The notes under the pieces were generated by a model. That model did not search any database, was not told where the DNA came from, and saw only the letters and a list, made by a program, of their open reading frames with translations. Position numbers and translations under genes: made by a program. From contig JACROO010000119.1 of the NCBI GenBank assembly GCA_016214355.1, positions 1-36,735 on the forward strand: a stretch of DNA of 36,735 nt. Direction: 5' to 3'. This document shows, one piece after another, positions 1 through 7,836 of this stretch (its first letter is position 1; each line of letters opens with the position of its first letter). The DNA comes from Nitrospirota bacterium. GTDB taxonomy: Bacteria; Nitrospirota; Thermodesulfovibrionia; UBA6902; DSMQ01.

Positions 1-1
1 T

Positions 2-154
2 GCGGGATATTTGGCTACCAACGACAAGGCGGTTATCGATGCTTCAAGCGAGGTTGGCGAATACATCGCTCAAATATTTATCGGGTTAATGACCCGCAAA
101 CTCGGTGAGGATAAATTCACCGTGGAAAGAATAAGGAGGAGTGAGGAACTATGA
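2..154 (+). CDS. 3' end of an upstream ORF (partial, hypothetical phage protein)
   Basis: Frame 2 is open from the window edge to TGA 152-154 (...KAVIDASSEVGEYIAQIFIGLMTRKLGEDKFTVERIRRSEEL*). The stop overlaps the next ATG (ATGA 151-154). No recognisable domain. Confidence 0.4.
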   Translation, partial: AGYLATNDKAVIDASSEVGEYIAQIFIGLMTRKLGEDKFTVERIRRSEEL

Positions 155-264
155 AAGTTACCAAGGGCTTAAAGAAGGTCTATAAAGGGCTTAGCTGGTA
201 TAACCGCAGGAAGTTAATTGAGGCCAACCGTTCTTTCGGAAAGAAGAAACCTAAGAAGAAATAA
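151..264 (+). CDS. small basic protein, 37 aa (below the ORF-track cutoff)
   Basis: ATG 151 is preceded by AGGAGGAGTGAGG. Product is MKVTKGLKKVYKGLSWYNRRKLIEANRSFGKKKPKKK. TAA 262-264 overlaps the next ATG (TAATG). Confidence 0.5.
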   Translation: MKVTKGLKKVYKGLSWYNRRKLIEANRSFGKKKPKKK

Positions 265-461
265 TGTGGTTTTTGACAGCTCTGTCAATCATCGGTGTCG
301 TCCTTAACATCAGGAAAGACCGGAGAGGTTTTCTGCTTTGGATGCTGACGAATACCGGGTGGGCAGTCGTTGATTTCAGGCACGGGCTTTATGCGCAGGG
401 AGTATTGTTTACGATCTATTTTGTTTTAAGTTTTTGGGGATGGATACGCTGGAAAAAATAA
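264..461 (+). CDS. small two-helix membrane protein; Trp-rich pattern weakly recalls one repeat of PnuC-type transporters
   Basis: 65-aa ORF with two hydrophobic segments (LTALSIIGVVLNI, GVLFTIYFVLSFWGW), start-stop coupled to the upstream ORF. The PnuC resemblance is from memory only. Confidence 0.55.
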   Translation: MWFLTALSIIGVVLNIRKDRRGFLLWMLTNTGWAVVDFRHGLYAQGVLFTIYFVLSFWGWIRWKK

Positions 462-1201
462 AAAGAACATTCATGGCAGAAGAACGCATAGATATTAGGG
501 ATTTAAGAGACGGCAAATTCCTTTGGGTAGGCAAGCCTGTCCTTGAGTTTATAAGCAAGAGGATAGGATCAACCGCAGTAACGGTGTATGTCTGGCTTTG
601 TTATTACGCCAATGTAAGGGGGCAGGATTGTTTTCCTTCGGTGACTACTTTAGCCCGGCATTGCGCGGTAAGCAGGCGCACTATCATCCGCATGCTTAAG
701 AGCCTAGAACAGATTAAGGTTATCTGCATTGACCGGACAAAGGGAAGGTCTAATATTTACACGCTTCTTAATGCGGAGTTATCCACAGAGGCAACTGGTG
801 ACATAGGTGTCACTAGTGACACCAAGGGCACTACACCAGTATCCCCCGTGTCACCGGTAGTAGTGACACCGGGGGCACCGGAACAATATAGAAGTAAACA
901 ATATTTACTTAACAATACGCAAAATGGTCTTTTAGACCTGTGGAAAACCCCTAAAAATCTGCCTTATACTAAGCCTACAGATGAGTGCGTAAAGCAATTG
1001 GAGGCTTGCTGTGCGGAGTTGCTTGAGGATGTTAACCTTTACAGCTTCATGTTTAGCTATCAGATGGATAAAGGCTATCCGCCTGATCCGGGGTTGATGA
1101 TCAGGCTATGCAAAGACTTTAAGAAAGATAAAAAGGATATTAAAAAACCTGCGGAGTGGTTTAAGAATGGTCTTGAGATGGAGGCAAAGCAGCTTGTTTA
1201 A
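440..1201 (+). CDS. HTH-domain protein of the phage replication/DnaD-N-like type
   Basis: The segment VYVWLCYYANVRGQDCFPSVTTLARHCAVSRRTIIRMLKSLEQIKVI is the typical winged-helix 'helix-turn-helix domain' seen at the N terminus of phage replication proteins. Start is ambiguous: TTG 434, ATG 440 or ATG 473. Confidence 0.6.
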   Translation: MDTLEKIKRTFMAEERIDIRDLRDGKFLWVGKPVLEFISKRIGSTAVTVYVWLCYYANVRGQDCFPSVTTLARHCAVSRRTIIRMLKSLEQIKVICIDRTKGRSNIYTLLNAELSTEATGDIGVTSDTKGTTPVSPVSPVVVTPGAPEQYRSKQYLLNNTQNGLLDLWKTPKNLPYTKPTDECVKQLEACCAELLEDVNLYSFMFSYQMDKGYPPDPGLMIRLCKDFKKDKKDIKKPAEWFKNGLEMEAKQLV

Positions 1202-1202
1202 T

Positions 1203-1257
1203 GGGTCCTTCCAGAGGGGGCTGGCAGCGCGGGTCGGGCGAGGCGCGGGCAGCCAGT
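1203..1257. other. GC-rich island, candidate cos/packaging recognition site
   Basis: GGGTCCTTCCAGAGGGGGCTGGCAGCGCGGGTCGGGCGAGGCGCGGGCAGCCAG stands out from AT-rich surroundings. It has GCGCGGG twice (1227-1233, 1243-1249) and flanking CTGGC/GCCAG (1221-25/1252-56). It lies just upstream of the operon that ends in the terminase genes. Confidence 0.3.
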
Positions 1258-1385
1258 GATACAAAATTTTAAAAAGGGATGTCGTGGTCGCAAAAGGGTA
1301 TTTTAGGGTAAGAATTTATTCAGCGTAGATAAAATTAAGCCTTTGTAGATGATAGAGTTACGCAGAAAAACGAAAGGAGTTTTGT

Positions 1386-2690
1386 ATGCCAAAGATTAAC
1401 GTCAAGCCAGACATTTGCGACATCAAGGTGTCCGATATAAAGCCGGCGCCTTATAACCCAAGAGAGATTTCCGAGGAAGCGCTTTTAGGTTTAAGGCATT
1501 CTCTTGAGAAGTTTGGTTTGGTGGATCTGTTAGTTATAAATAAGCGCACCATGCATATCATTTCCGGGCATCAGCGCTATAAGATACTTCAGGCTGATAA
1601 CGCTGAGACCGTCACCGCAATCATGGTTGACCTTGATGAGGCCTCTGAAATGGCTATGAACGTGACTTTAAACTCCCAGCAGATTGTCGGCGCTTGGACA
1701 GCCGCTTTAATTCCGGTCCTTGAAAAACTCAGGAAAAATATGCCTGATGATTATCTTAATCTTCGGCTCAAAGAACTACGGGAGGAGGTTTCCGAGCTTG
1801 AGATAGAGAATCTGGGAACTGGCAAAACTCTGCCTGATGATATCCCCGAGCCTCCCGAAGAAGCAATTACCAAAAAAGGAGACCTCTGGCTATTAGGCGA
1901 GCATAAGCTTCTCTGCGGAGATTCTACCAAAGATGAAGATGTGGCGCGCCTGATGAATGGAGAAAAAGCCAGCCTCTTTGCTACGGATCCGCCGTACTGT
2001 GTTGACTATACCGGAGCCGGCAGGCCTACAGGAGGACATGACTGGTCAGATGTTTATCATGAGGTGGATATTCCCGATGCCAGGGAATTCATGAAAAAGT
2101 TTTATACAGTCGGCCTTAAGCATATCAAAGAAAACACGGCACTTTATCTTTGGCATGCTTCAAGGCGCAGATCCATGATTGAGGGAATTTGCGATGAACT
2201 GGGTATTCTGATTCATCAGCAGATTGTCTGGGTCAAGCCTTGCGCAATATTAACCTATTCGTTCTATTCATGGCGGCATGAGCCTTGCCTTTTAATGTGG
2301 GTCAAAGGTAAAAAACCTTTCTATAAACCAAAAGATAAGTCTATCGGTACGGTCTGGACAATTGATTTATTAAGAACCGGGGATCCGGCTAATCCCGAAT
2401 ATTACAGCGATATCTGGGAGTTGGACTGGGAAGGCAAGAAACGCAATCCGGGCATTTTGCATCCTACAGTAAAACCCACCGAAGTTTTCGCAATACCTAT
2501 GCGCGTGCATACCGCAGTAGGCGAGATTTGTTTTGAGCCTTTTTGCGGATCAGGCTCGCAGATCATCGCTGCCGAAAGATTAAACCGTAGATGCTATGCT
2601 TTAGAACTTGAGCCGATATTCTGCGATGTGACAGTGCGCAGATGGGAAGAGTTTACCGGCAAGAAAGCGCAACTGGAAGGAAGAGTATGA
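1386..2690 (+). CDS. ParB-like nuclease domain fused to a beta-class N6-adenine/N4-cytosine DNA methyltransferase
   Basis: SD AAAGGAG precedes ATG 1386. N terminus is ParB-N-like (IKPAPYNPREIS...ISGHQRY). Motif IV is DPPY (LFATDPPYCVDY), followed later by the SAM motif FEPFCGSGS; that order is typical of beta-class MTases. Confidence 0.85.
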   Translation: MPKINVKPDICDIKVSDIKPAPYNPREISEEALLGLRHSLEKFGLVDLLVINKRTMHIISGHQRYKILQADNAETVTAIMVDLDEASEMAMNVTLNSQQIVGAWTAALIPVLEKLRKNMPDDYLNLRLKELREEVSELEIENLGTGKTLPDDIPEPPEEAITKKGDLWLLGEHKLLCGDSTKDEDVARLMNGEKASLFATDPPYCVDYTGAGRPTGGHDWSDVYHEVDIPDAREFMKKFYTVGLKHIKENTALYLWHASRRRSMIEGICDELGILIHQQIVWVKPCAILTYSFYSWRHEPCLLMWVKGKKPFYKPKDKSIGTVWTIDLLRTGDPANPEYYSDIWELDWEGKKRNPGILHPTVKPTEVFAIPMRVHTAVGEICFEPFCGSGSQIIAAERLNRRCYALELEPIFCDVTVRRWEEFTGKKAQLEGRV

Positions 2691-3292
2691 CCGAGCAGAA
2701 ACAAAACCTTGCTGAGATCGCCCGCAAGAAACGCCACCTGCATTTGATTGAAAAGCTTCAAGGCGGAAAATCCCTTACCAAGCAGGAGATTACTGAGCTT
2801 GAAGAATTTGAGGCAGAGCCTTTAGCGCCTACTATTGTCAAGACCATGGAAGAGGTAGCCAAGGTTATGGATGTAACCTGCCGGACCGTGCAGCGCTGGA
2901 AGCAGGACGGTATGCCCTCAACCAAAGACGGCTTCTATGATTTAGAAGAAATAAAAAGCTGGCATGTGCTCAGGAACCAGAAATACAAAGACCAGGACGG
3001 CAAGGCTTATTGGGATGAGAAAATACAGCAGTATAAAGCAGAGCTGTTAAAGATAGAGCTTAAAAAAGCAACCAGCGAACTCATTCCTTTTAGCGAACAC
3101 ACCTCAATTCTTAAGAATCAAATCAGAGGAATCAAAATGGGATTCTTAAGGCTTCCGCACTATATCGCGCCCAAGCTATACCAGCAGGAACCAAAGCTCA
3201 TCTGCGAAATTTTAGATAATGAAATAAGGGCAATTATCAGTCAATTTGCCGGAGTGCCTTATGCCGATAAAGATCGCAAAGAAAGCGCTTGA
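2687..3292 (+). CDS. terminase small subunit (HTH DNA-binding)
   Basis: ATG 2687 overlaps the MTase stop (ATGA 2687-2690) and is preceded by GGAAGGAAGAG. HTH is MEEVAKVMDVTCRTVQRWKQDGMP. It sits immediately upstream of the large terminase. Confidence 0.65.
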   Translation: MTEQKQNLAEIARKKRHLHLIEKLQGGKSLTKQEITELEEFEAEPLAPTIVKTMEEVAKVMDVTCRTVQRWKQDGMPSTKDGFYDLEEIKSWHVLRNQKYKDQDGKAYWDEKIQQYKAELLKIELKKATSELIPFSEHTSILKNQIRGIKMGFLRLPHYIAPKLYQQEPKLICEILDNEIRAIISQFAGVPYADKDRKESA

Positions 3293-5126
3293 GACCATTA
3301 AGCCTTATGTTCGCAGTGAATGGGCCTTGCCTGATAAGGTAACGGTTAGCGTTTGGGCGGATAAGTATCGGCGCTTAGATACTAAAACTTCAGCTGAGCC
3401 AGGCCAGTGGTCAACAGCCAGGACTCCTTATTTAAAAGGCATTATGGATGCGTTCACTGATCCTTTTGTGGATGAGATAACTGTAATGTCAGCAAGCCAA
3501 GTCGGTAAGACTGAAGCTATGTTGAATATGCTCGGCTATATCATTGATCAGGATCCCGGGCCTACGCTTATGGTCCTGCCTAGAGCTGATGACGCCAAGA
3601 GTATTTCTTATAATAGGATTAAACCTATGATTGAGGGCTCAGCTATTTTAGAAAGATACATCCCGCAGAATTCAGATGATATAACTAAATTAGAATATCA
3701 CTTTGACCGGATGGTTCTTTATTTTGCCGGGTCAAACTCGCCAGCAGATTTAGCCTCAAGGCCTATAAGGTATTTATTTTTAGATGAGGTGGATAAATAC
3801 CCAAGGTTTTCCGGTCGCGAGGCAGACCCGATAAAGCTTGCGCAGGAGAGGCAGAAAACTTTCTGGAATAAAAAGACAGTGAAAGTTTCAACGCCTACTA
3901 CAAGAGAAGGGTATATCTTCAGGGAGTATGAAAAATCCGATCAAGAGCGTTTTTATGTACCCTGTCCGCACTGCGGGAAAATGCAGGTATTAATCTTTGG
4001 GCAAATTAAATGGCCGAAAGAAGAAGCGTCAGCTGAGCGGATTAAAAACGAACGCCTTGCCTGGTATGAATGTGTGCATTGTAATAAACGCATAGAAGAC
4101 AGTCAAAAACCCAGGATGATGCAAAGCGGCGAGTGGATTGCCGATAAAAAAGAACCGAATAAAAACAGGGGGTTTTGGATCAGCTCTTTATATTCGCCTT
4201 GGCTGTCCTTTAGCGACATCGCGGCAGAGTTTTTGAAATCAAAGGATTACATAGAATTACTGATGAACTTTGTCAACTCTTGGCTGGCTGAAGTCTGGGA
4301 GGAAAATATCGGGAAAACTAAGCCGGAAGAATTATTAACTTTAGTACTTCCAAATCCAAGAGGAATTGTGCCGGATGGAGCAAGGGTTTTGACTGCCGGA
4401 GTAGATGTGCAGAAGGATCATTTTTATTTAAGTATCCGCGGCTGGGGTCTGCATCAGGAATCATGGTTGATTTTGGCCACGAGAGTTGAGGAGTGGGATG
4501 ATGTTATAGAAATTCTATTTAAAACTTATTACCCCTCTGAGACCGCAGGTGTAGAACCTTTTGGAGTAAGGCTTACTTGTATTGATACCGGATATCGTAC
4601 TGATGAAGTTTATGAAGTGGCCCGGCTTTGGCGCGATATTGCGCGCCCTATTAAAGGGCAAAGCTACATAAGCGGGGTGCCTTTTAGGGTCTCAAGCATT
4701 GATAAGTATCCTGCCACAGGACAAACCATTCCTGGAGGTCTTTTGTTATGGCATATCGACACCAGTTATTTTAAAGATAAAATCAGCCGGTTGGTAAAAA
4801 ATACTAAACTTGATTCACCCGGAGGCTGGCATCTGCACAAGGATCCATCTGATGAATATTTGAAGCAGTTTTGCGGGGAGCATAAGATTATCATCCGGGA
4901 TAAAAAAACAGGGCGCGCCAGGGAAGAATGGCGCACGGTTTCTGTACATGCGCAGAGTCATTTCTTTGATACGGAGTGTTACTCAATAGCAGCGGCAGAG
5001 ATGATTCGGGTATTTGCTATGCAGGAGGACGGCAGAAGAATTTATCCTAAACAGGATACTGAAAGCCTGCAGCACGGTATTACTAAGAACTGGCTTCCCA
5101 GGCGTCCGAATTGGATAAAAAGATAA
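3261..5126 (+). CDS. terminase large subunit, GpA (lambda A) family
   Basis: Length is about 620 aa. Walker A-like MSASQVGKTE, Walker B RYLFLDEVD, and the GpA-typical Zn motif CPHCG...CVHCN are present. ATG 3261 has GGAG 6 nt upstream. Confidence 0.9.
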   Translation: MPIKIAKKALETIKPYVRSEWALPDKVTVSVWADKYRRLDTKTSAEPGQWSTARTPYLKGIMDAFTDPFVDEITVMSASQVGKTEAMLNMLGYIIDQDPGPTLMVLPRADDAKSISYNRIKPMIEGSAILERYIPQNSDDITKLEYHFDRMVLYFAGSNSPADLASRPIRYLFLDEVDKYPRFSGREADPIKLAQERQKTFWNKKTVKVSTPTTREGYIFREYEKSDQERFYVPCPHCGKMQVLIFGQIKWPKEEASAERIKNERLAWYECVHCNKRIEDSQKPRMMQSGEWIADKKEPNKNRGFWISSLYSPWLSFSDIAAEFLKSKDYIELLMNFVNSWLAEVWEENIGKTKPEELLTLVLPNPRGIVPDGARVLTAGVDVQKDHFYLSIRGWGLHQESWLILATRVEEWDDVIEILFKTYYPSETAGVEPFGVRLTCIDTGYRTDEVYEVARLWRDIARPIKGQSYISGVPFRVSSIDKYPATGQTIPGGLLLWHIDTSYFKDKISRLVKNTKLDSPGGWHLHKDPSDEYLKQFCGEHKIIIRDKKTGRAREEWRTVSVHAQSHFFDTECYSIAAAEMIRVFAMQEDGRRIYPKQDTESLQHGITKNWLPRRPNWIKR

Positions 5127-5368
5127 TGACCAAATGGATAAACGCAAAAGGCTGGCTGAAAGGATACGTCTCAGAGAAAAAGTCTGGTATAAACAATGAC
5201 GTACTAAACAAAGAAACAGAAACAAAGGCGACTGTTGTGCGTTTAATCTTAAGATGCCCTAGATGCAGGTCATTAAAGTTAAAATGCTACGGCGCAGACC
5301 GGCCGGTTCTATATTACAAATGCAATGAGTGCGGCTGGAAATTTAAAGTCCTGGAAGTAGACAGGTAA
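5126..5368 (+). CDS. small zinc-ribbon protein (CxxC-17-CxxC)
   Basis: ATG 5126 overlaps the terminase stop (TAATG). Contains CPRCRSLKLKCYGADRPVLYYKCNECG. Function unknown. Confidence 0.6.
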   Translation: MTKWINAKGWLKGYVSEKKSGINNDVLNKETETKATVVRLILRCPRCRSLKLKCYGADRPVLYYKCNECGWKFKVLEVDR

Positions 5369-5399
5369 AAACTATTTTCAGCCACGCTGAACCGTTTCC

Positions 5400-5427
5400 T
5401 TGACTCAGGATATACAAATGATATAAA
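5400..5427 (+). promoter_or_regulatory. sigma70-like promoter candidate
   Basis: TTGACT (5400-5405), a 16-nt spacer, then TATAAA (5422-5427). Located in the 197-nt gap after the Zn-ribbon gene. Confidence 0.45.
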
Positions 5428-5483
5428 GTTTAATTGAACAGGCAGTTAGAAATAATTTAGGGGGGACGCTTCCTAAATTAATG

Positions 5484-5533
5484 AAGCGGCAGTTAAGGTG
5501 CCTTAACCATCTTACTGCCGCTTTCTTTTTTTT
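5484..5533 (+). terminator. rho-independent terminator, preceded by a second hairpin at 5453-5480
   Basis: AAGCGGCAGT (5484-5493) pairs perfectly with ACTGCCGCTT (5514-5523), followed by a T-run to 5533. Upstream, TAATTTAGG (5453-61) pairs with CCTAAATTA (5472-80). Confidence 0.75.
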
Positions 5534-5565
5534 AGCGAAGGAATTATTGGAAGAAAGGGTTAGCA

Positions 5566-5997
5566 ATGATTTTAGAAATTTTAAAAGCATTAAAAGATGC
5601 AGTAGGGCTCAAAAATATTGCGGGAACGCAAATCAATCCCGCTAAGGAAGACGGTAATTTAGCTCTTATTAAAGCAAGAACCGATAATTTAGATATTGCT
5701 TTATCAGAGATAAAAACCGGAACAGACAGAATATCTGCAAGTCCATCTACCGAAACCACCCTTAATGCTCTATTGGTAGTTCTCCAACATTTAATCAATT
5801 CTCCTTTAGGCAGGTTAGCTATCGACAGCGCTGGAAGATTAAGAATCCTAATTGATGCGGAGGGAACAGCTACTCCTGTTTCTCAATCAGGAGTTTGGAA
5901 TCTTGGTAATTTCCCGGTTGATCAGAGATGGGAAATGATACAGCGGGCGAATATAGAATATAACGAATGTCAAAGAAGCAAATTTACTTTCGCTTAA
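5566..5997 (+). CDS. hypothetical protein, 143 aa
   Basis: ORF with AAAGGG upstream. No domain recognised. Shares the IKA(R/K)TDNL motif with the 6982 ORF. Confidence 0.6.
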   Translation: MILEILKALKDAVGLKNIAGTQINPAKEDGNLALIKARTDNLDIALSEIKTGTDRISASPSTETTLNALLVVLQHLINSPLGRLAIDSAGRLRILIDAEGTATPVSQSGVWNLGNFPVDQRWEMIQRANIEYNECQRSKFTFA

Positions 5998-6025
5998 TCA
6001 GAATATGTATTCAGAGGAATAAAAT

Positions 6026-6973
6026 ATGCCGTTTAATCATAATTTAAAGCAAGGAATTGATTTACCGATATGGCAATGGCTGAGATTCTTACCTACAGCA
6101 AATGCCGCCGGCGCTTGTCAAGTCAACGATAAAAGAGGGGCTGACAGGTATATTTATTTTCTTTTTAGCATCTCTTCTTTTTGGCGGTATGACACGATAA
6201 CCGACGCCTGGATACAGTTAGCCTCTCCAGGTGCTTTAGGCGGATCAGGAACCTGGGGCGCAGGAACTTGCATGGTATTTGATCCTTCGCAAGGATCGGC
6301 CGGAAGGATCTGGCTTTTAAACGGATATACAACGCAATGCGGATTTGGATATTACGATATTGCCGCTAATACCTGGACTTCGCGGTCTGTAACTAATCTA
6401 CCGGCAGTCTGGGGGACTGACGGGGCGATGAGTCATACCTGCGCCAGCTACAATGCTGCAGGGAACGACGATTATATTTACCTGATAGGCAATAGTGCGA
6501 CACCCTTTTACAGATATTCGATTTCCGGCAATTCATGGTCAGCCATGGCAAATGCCTTAACCGGAGCGGCCGGCGCCGGCTGCGGAATCCATTGGATACA
6601 AGGCACTGACCCCGATAAGCTTTTTGTAATAAGAGGCGGCGCTAATTCAGCGGTATACCGGTATTCAATAGGAACGCCGGGGTGGACAACATTAACCTAT
6701 AATCCCAATTCGGAAACTTTCACGACCGGCACAGTATCTGCTTATGACTCTACCAATGGCAGAATTTGGATACAAAAAGACGCTACGCATAGGCTTTATT
6801 ATTACGATTTAGCAACGGATAAAATGATGAATGCCGGCGCAATCCCTTATACATCAGGCACGGCAGTAGCAGGCGACAGATTAAGCTATGTTAAAACAGC
6901 TGACGGAGCGCAGTATCTTTACTACACAAGGGCATCAGGCACGGAACTCTGGAGAACTTTAATTTTTTACTAA
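6026..6973 (+). CDS. six-bladed Kelch-type beta-propeller protein
   Basis: Six repeats of the pattern hydrophobic strand ... aromatic-(R/Y)-Y-(D/S) ... x-W: YIYFLF..FWRYDTITDAW; RIWLLNG..GYYDIAANTW; YIYLIGN..FYRYSISGNSW; LFVIRGG..VYRYSIGTPGW; RIWIQKD..LYYYDLATDKM; YLYYTRASGTELW. Confidence 0.7.
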   Translation: MPFNHNLKQGIDLPIWQWLRFLPTANAAGACQVNDKRGADRYIYFLFSISSFWRYDTITDAWIQLASPGALGGSGTWGAGTCMVFDPSQGSAGRIWLLNGYTTQCGFGYYDIAANTWTSRSVTNLPAVWGTDGAMSHTCASYNAAGNDDYIYLIGNSATPFYRYSISGNSWSAMANALTGAAGAGCGIHWIQGTDPDKLFVIRGGANSAVYRYSIGTPGWTTLTYNPNSETFTTGTVSAYDSTNGRIWIQKDATHRLYYYDLATDKMMNAGAIPYTSGTAVAGDRLSYVKTADGAQYLYYTRASGTELWRTLIFY

Positions 6974-6981
6974 GGACAGGG

Positions 6982-7440
6982 ATGGACACGCTAAGAATAC
7001 AGAACGGACAGACTGAGCGGATCAGGGCGTTTATTTTTGATAATGACGGCAATGCCGTTGCCGGGCTAAGCAGTGTTTTCTTAAAAATATACAGAAAGTC
7101 GGACGGGCAATTCTATACAGGTTCAGCGTGGCAATTCGGATCCGCAGCAATTGTTATGGTTGAAGAGGATGTAGTAAATAAACCCGGCTGGTATTATTAC
7201 GATTTTGATACGTCGGGGTTAAGTGATGATATTTATTATATGGAAGTCAGCTGTGTTTCAGCGATGGCAGGTTATCTGGCAGCCGGAGAATTAAAAGTGG
7301 GCGGCTATGTAGACAATATAGACGTAGCAGCATCAACGATTAAAGCCAAGACAGATAATTTACCGGCTGATCCTGCAAGCGAAACCGGTGTATTGGCAAA
7401 AGAGAGCGGAATGCCTACACCCTATGATGTAGGTCCTTAA
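6982..7440 (+). CDS. hypothetical protein, 152 aa (beta-rich; virion-associated role is a guess)
   Basis: ORF 8 nt after the propeller gene. No domain recognised. The C-terminal IKAKTDNLPADPA motif repeats the 5566 ORF motif. Confidence 0.6.
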   Translation: MDTLRIQNGQTERIRAFIFDNDGNAVAGLSSVFLKIYRKSDGQFYTGSAWQFGSAAIVMVEEDVVNKPGWYYYDFDTSGLSDDIYYMEVSCVSAMAGYLAAGELKVGGYVDNIDVAASTIKAKTDNLPADPASETGVLAKESGMPTPYDVGP

Positions 7441-7455
7441 AATTAGAGGTTATTT

Positions 7456-7836
7456 ATGTCGGTAGAAAGAGAAAATGCGGTAATTAATAATCAGATAATC
7501 TTGAGGAATAATTTTAGATTTTCCCAGACCTCCGATTTGTTTGATCCTTATGCTGTATCAAAGGTAGAGATTTTAGACAGCGATGGGTCTGGCGTTCTTC
7601 AAACTTTTACCGGTATTGAAATAATTAAGGACAGCACGGGCAAATACCATGTAGTTGCAGCCGCAATAACTATCGCAAAAACTATATATGATAAGTGGTA
7701 TTTTACTCCTGCTCCGGGCGCTGTAGAAATTACAAAACCGTTAATAATGCTATTGCGGCTAGGTTATCCGGAGGCGCAGTTGCTGCTTATAGCATTAACG
7801 GACGCAACATTCAGTATATTCCGCTTAGTGAGTTGA
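7456..7836 (+). CDS. hypothetical protein; only the first ~93 codons look like real coding sequence and may continue into the gpW frame
   Basis: Good SD (AGAGG, 7 nt) before ATG 7456. After ...AVEITK (about 7737) the frame reads like out-of-frame noise (LIMLLRLGYPEAQLLLIALTDATFSIFRLVS) while the -1 frame becomes gpW-like. Confidence 0.5.
   Translation: MSVERENAVINNQIILRNNFRFSQTSDLFDPYAVSKVEILDSDGSGVLQTFTGIEIIKDSTGKYHVVAAAITIAKTIYDKWYFTPAPGAVEITKPLIMLLRLGYPEAQLLLIALTDATFSIFRLVS

Noticed and set aside
1238-1256. GGCGAGGCGCGGGCAGCC resembles my recollection of the first 9 nt of the phage P2 cohesive end (GGCGAGGCG...).
   Set aside because: The match is short, in a GC-rich context, and recalled from memory. 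The terminase here is lambda GpA-type, not P2-type. It is used only as weak colour for the cos hypothesis, not as evidence.
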